Source: a virus
Lineage: Duplodnaviria; Caudoviricetes
IMG/VR virus record: IMGVR_UViG_3300002092_001330
Span: 1-47,309 of that record
Reading direction: 5' to 3' (one strand)
Length of the DNA: 47,309 nt
Shown: positions 44,114 to 47,309 of the stretch, in pieces
Position numbering within the stretch: the stretch's first letter is position 1
Layout: each line of letters opens with the position of its first letter
Position numbers and translations under genes: made by a program
Notes under the pieces: generated by a model
Told to the model about the DNA's origin: nothing
Database searches by the model: none
Seen by the model: the letters and a program-made list of their open reading frames with translations, nothing else

Positions 44114-47100
44114 ATGACTATTCTGTTATTTGCCAATCAAGCACAGACAATATTATCTGAACCAGTAGCTTCTACTGATTTAACTATTACTGTTGCTTCT
44201 GGTACTGGAGTTTATTTTCCACAGCCTACAGAAGGTCAAGGATTCCTATTAACTATTACAGATGCTTACAATCAATTAATTAATGAAATTGTTTTAGTCA
44301 CTAATATAGATGGTGATGTATTTACAATTTTAAGAGGTCAAGAAAATACAATTCCTAAAACATGGCAAATAGGTGATTTTTGTACCAATGTTTTAACTGC
44401 TGGAACTTTAAACAGTTTTCCACAATCAGGTTATTCTGCTTATTCAGGATATTCAGGATTTACAGCACCAACTTATGCAAGCACTCATTTACCTTTAACA
44501 GAAAATATAACATTTGAAAATGTTGAACTGTTATTTTCTAATCAAGCACAAACTACTTTAGCTTTACCTATTACATCAACAGCTACAACAGTTACAGTTG
44601 CTTCTGGAACAGGTGTATATTTTCCAACACCATCAACAAGTCAAGCCTTTAAATTTACTTTAACTGATCCATACAATGAATTAATTACAGAAATTCTTTT
44701 AGTTACACATAAAGAAGGTGATGTTTTTACAGTTGTAAGGGGAGATGAAAATACTATAGCTAGGGCTTGGGAACTTGGAACTTATGCCGCCAATCTTTTA
44801 ACTGCTGGATCATTAGCTAATTTTACTCAAATACCAGTTACATCAGGTTATTCAGGATATTCTGGAACATCAGGTTTTAGTGGTTGTTCTGGTATAAATG
44901 GTTCTTCAGGATTTTCGGGATGTTCTGGTTATTCTGGTTGTTCAGGCTATTCTGGATGTTCTGGATTTAGTGGATATTCTGGATTTAGCGGAAACAATGG
45001 AACATCTTTAAATATTTTAGGAACAGTTCCTACTCCTGCCGATTTACCACCAACAGGCAATCAACCTAATGATGCTTATATTGTTACTTCAGATGGTGAT
45101 TTATGGGTATGGAATGGTACAGAATGGTTTAATGCTGGAGCAATAGTTGGTGCTAGTGGATATTCAGGATATTCTGGGTGCTCTGGGTTTAGTGGTTGTT
45201 CTGGCTATTCAGGTTATTCGGGCTGTAGTGGTTTTTCAGGATACTCGGGCTGTAGTGGATTTTCAGGCTGTTCAGGTTTTAGTGGCTGTTCTGGATTCTC
45301 TGGTTGTTCTGGTTTTTCAGGTTATAGCGGATGTTCTGGTTTTTCGGGATGTTCAGGTTATTCAGGCTTTTCAGGTTGTAGTGGATTTAGTGGCTATTCA
45401 GGTTTTAGTGGATGTTCAGGAATAAGTGGATATTCAGGTTGTTCAGGAATAAGTGGATTTTCGGGATGTTCTGGAATAAGTGGATTTTCAGGTTGTTCTG
45501 GTACAAGTGGTTTTAGTGGTTGTTCTGGGTTTAGCGGTTGCTCTGGTTTTTCAGGTTGTTCAGGCTTTTCTGGTTGTTCAGGGTTTTCAGGATGTAGTGG
45601 ATATTCAGGTTGTTCAGGATACTCAGGAACTTCAGGTATAAGTGGTTATAGCGGATGTAGTGGATTTTCTGGCTGTTCTGGCTATAGTGGAACAAGTGGT
45701 TTTTCAGGTTGTTCGGGTTTTTCAGGATTTTCGGGATGTTCTGGCTATAGTGGATTTTCAGGTTGTTCTGGATATTCAGGTACTTCTGGAATAAGTGGAT
45801 ATTCTGGTTGTAGTGGCTATTCGGGTTATAGCGGTTATTCTGGCTGTAGTGGTTATTCTGGTTGTTCAGGCTATTCTGGATGTAGTGGATATTCAGGAAC
45901 AAGTGGAATAAGTGGCACTTCAGGAATAAGTGGTTATTCTGGTTGCTCTGGTTATAGTGGAACAAGTGGGATAAGTGGCATTTCAGGAATAAGCGGTTAT
46001 TCAGGATCAGGAATATCTGGATATTCAGGTTTTTCAGGATTTAGTGGTCAAAATGGAGATGGTCGATCTGGAGTTTCTGGTTATTCTGGTTGTTCTGGTT
46101 TTAGTGGTGAAAATGGAACATCAGGATATTCGGGAACAAGTGGATATAGTGGTTGTTCAGGAACATCTGGCTATTCAGGGGTTAGTGGCATTTCTGGATA
46201 CTCTGGAAGTGGCATTTCTGGCTATAGTGGATCTGGAATAAGTGGATACTCAGGAAATTCAGGTTATTCAGGCACTTCAGGATTTAGTGGTACAAGTGGA
46301 ACATCAGGATATTCTGGAACATCAGGATATTCTGGAACATCAGGATTTTCTGGATCAGGTATTTCTGGTTACTCAGGCACAAGTGGATTTAGTGGTGATA
46401 GTGGCATCTCTGGTTTCTCTGGAATAAGTGGCTATAGTGGCATATCTGGTTTTAGTGGAGTATCTGGATTTTCAGGCGAACAAGGATCATCAACCAGTTT
46501 ATTTTTATATCAAGCACAAACAACTGCAACAAGTGGTCAGCCTACAAATGGTCATTTGCTTTGGAATAATGCAACTCAAATTAGTGCAACTCAAATTAAT
46601 ATTAGTCATTTAACAGATGATAATACTGATATTGATGTATTTTTAGCATTATTAAAACCTACAGAAACTTTTATTTTGCAAGACAGAAATGTAAGTGCAA
46701 ATTATCAAACTTGGTTAATAACAGGCAATACAACAAATATAAATCCAAATACTACAAATAGTTATTGGACAGTACCAGTAAGCCTTGTATCGTCAGGTGG
46801 CACAGGAACAAGTAACTTTGCTAATAATCATCAATTATTTTTTGCAGTAACACAAGGGATAAGTGGTACATCTGGTTATAGTGGTTATTCTGGATTTTCA
46901 GGAATAGGAACAAGTGGTTTTAGTGGTTATTCTGGTATATCTGGATTTTCAGGCATTTCTGGATTTTCAGGTGTATCTGGATATTCTGGTATTTCTGGTT
47001 ATAGTGGTGCTGGAATAAGTGGCTATTCAGGAAGTGGAATATCTGGTTATAGCGGATATAGTGGATTTTCAGGAACTTCTGGTTTTAGTGGCACTAGTGG

Positions 47101-47309
47101 CACTAGTGGCTACTCTGGAACTTCAGGGATTAGTGGCTATTCAGGGACTTTAGGAATTAGTGGAACTTCAGGAATATCAGGATATTCAGGTACAAGCGGT
47201 TTATCAGGCACATCAGGAATATCAGGTTACTCAGGAACATCAGGTAAATCGGGGTTTAGTGGAACTAACGGAACTAATGGTTGTTCTGGGTTTTCAGGAA
47301 CATCAGGTA
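44114..47309 (+). CDS. Giant (Ser-Gly-X)n triplet-repeat fibre protein, 3' truncated (not in ORF track)
   Basis: ATG at 44114 (MTILLFANQAQT...). Frame phase confirmed at 45179, 46499 and 47300, with no stop seen through 1065 codons. Confidence 0.9.
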   Translation, partial: MTILLFANQAQTILSEPVASTDLTITVASGTGVYFPQPTEGQGFLLTITDAYNQLINEIVLVTNIDGDVFTILRGQENTIPKTWQIGDFCTNVLTAGTLNSFPQSGYSAYSGYSGFTAPTYASTHLPLTENITFENVELLFSNQAQTTLALPITSTATTVTVASGTGVYFPTPSTSQAFKFTLTDPYNELITEILLVTHKEGDVFTVVRGDENTIARAWELGTYAANLLTAGSLANFTQIPVTSGYSGYSGTSGFSGCSGINGSSGFSGCSGYSGCSGYSGCSGFSGYSGFSGNNGTSLNILGTVPTPADLPPTGNQPNDAYIVTSDGDLWVWNGTEWFNAGAIVGASGYSGYSGCSGFSGCSGYSGYSGCSGFSGYSGCSGFSGCSGFSGCSGFSGCSGFSGYSGCSGFSGCSGYSGFSGCSGFSGYSGFSGCSGISGYSGCSGISGFSGCSGISGFSGCSGTSGFSGCSGFSGCSGFSGCSGFSGCSGFSGCSGYSGCSGYSGTSGISGYSGCSGFSGCSGYSGTSGFSGCSGFSGFSGCSGYSGFSGCSGYSGTSGISGYSGCSGYSGYSGYSGCSGYSGCSGYSGCSGYSGTSGISGTSGISGYSGCSGYSGTSGISGISGISGYSGSGISGYSGFSGFSGQNGDGRSGVSGYSGCSGFSGENGTSGYSGTSGYSGCSGTSGYSGVSGISGYSGSGISGYSGSGISGYSGNSGYSGTSGFSGTSGTSGYSGTSGYSGTSGFSGSGISGYSGTSGFSGDSGISGFSGISGYSGISGFSGVSGFSGEQGSSTSLFLYQAQTTATSGQPTNGHLLWNNATQISATQINISHLTDDNTDIDVFLALLKPTETFILQDRNVSANYQTWLITGNTTNINPNTTNSYWTVPVSLVSSGGTGTSNFANNHQLFFAVTQGISGTSGYSGYSGFSGIGTSGFSGYSGISGFSGISGFSGVSGYSGISGYSGAGISGYSGSGISGYSGYSGFSGTSGFSGTSGTSGYSGTSGISGYSGTLGISGTSGISGYSGTSGLSGTSGISGYSGTSGKSGFSGTNGTNGCSGFSGTSG
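44842..47308 (+). repeat. Degenerate 9-bp coding repeat (TCN/AGY-GGN-NNN) in three tracts
   Basis: Tracts at about 44842-44992, 45155-46476 and 46862-47308. Confidence 0.95.

Noticed and set aside
45147-46613. Six ORF-track entries in the repeat region
   Set aside because: They are alternate-frame or antisense shadows of the (SGX)n repeat; the real frame starts at 44114.
47300-47309. Direct circular join of the window end to base 1
   Set aside because: There is no terminal overlap, and joining leaves two spare bases (out of frame), so sequence is missing between the ends.

Overview
This window is a near-complete genome of a contractile-tailed dsDNA phage. Both contig ends fall inside tail-fibre-type coding sequence. 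The likely host is a beta- or gammaproteobacterium, inferred from a perfect LexA box and IHF-consensus sites. The modules run in this order: fibre C-terminal fragment; 2OG-oxygenase and glycosyl/methyltransferase cluster (319-3720); lysis cassette; minus-strand operon of small genes, SNF2 helicase and VRR-NUC; APSE-like replication genes (Cas4-like DUF2800 nuclease, putative SSB, PolA, RepB-type primase-helicase); a compositionally extreme ~5 kb minus-strand early block (15.4-20.6 kb); terminase, portal and head genes; myovirus tail and baseplate genes; and a >1065-codon (Ser-Gly-X)n fibre ORF that the ORF track missed. I recognised no integrase, CI-like repressor, tRNA or CRISPR array. The most notable features are: (1) a Ser/Cys-rich triplet-repeat fibre linked to a glycosylation cassette with a split GT9, a candidate virion glycosylation system; (2) a kissing-loop structured RNA after the capsid terminator; (3) a perfect SOS box in an iteron-rich region of a repressor-less phage; (4) an early block bracketed by inverted IHF sites and a hairpin array; (5) a NUDIX-carrying protease/scaffold polyprotein; (6) avoidance of CCWGG and GCWGC. 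All family calls come from motif recognition by eye, not from database searches.
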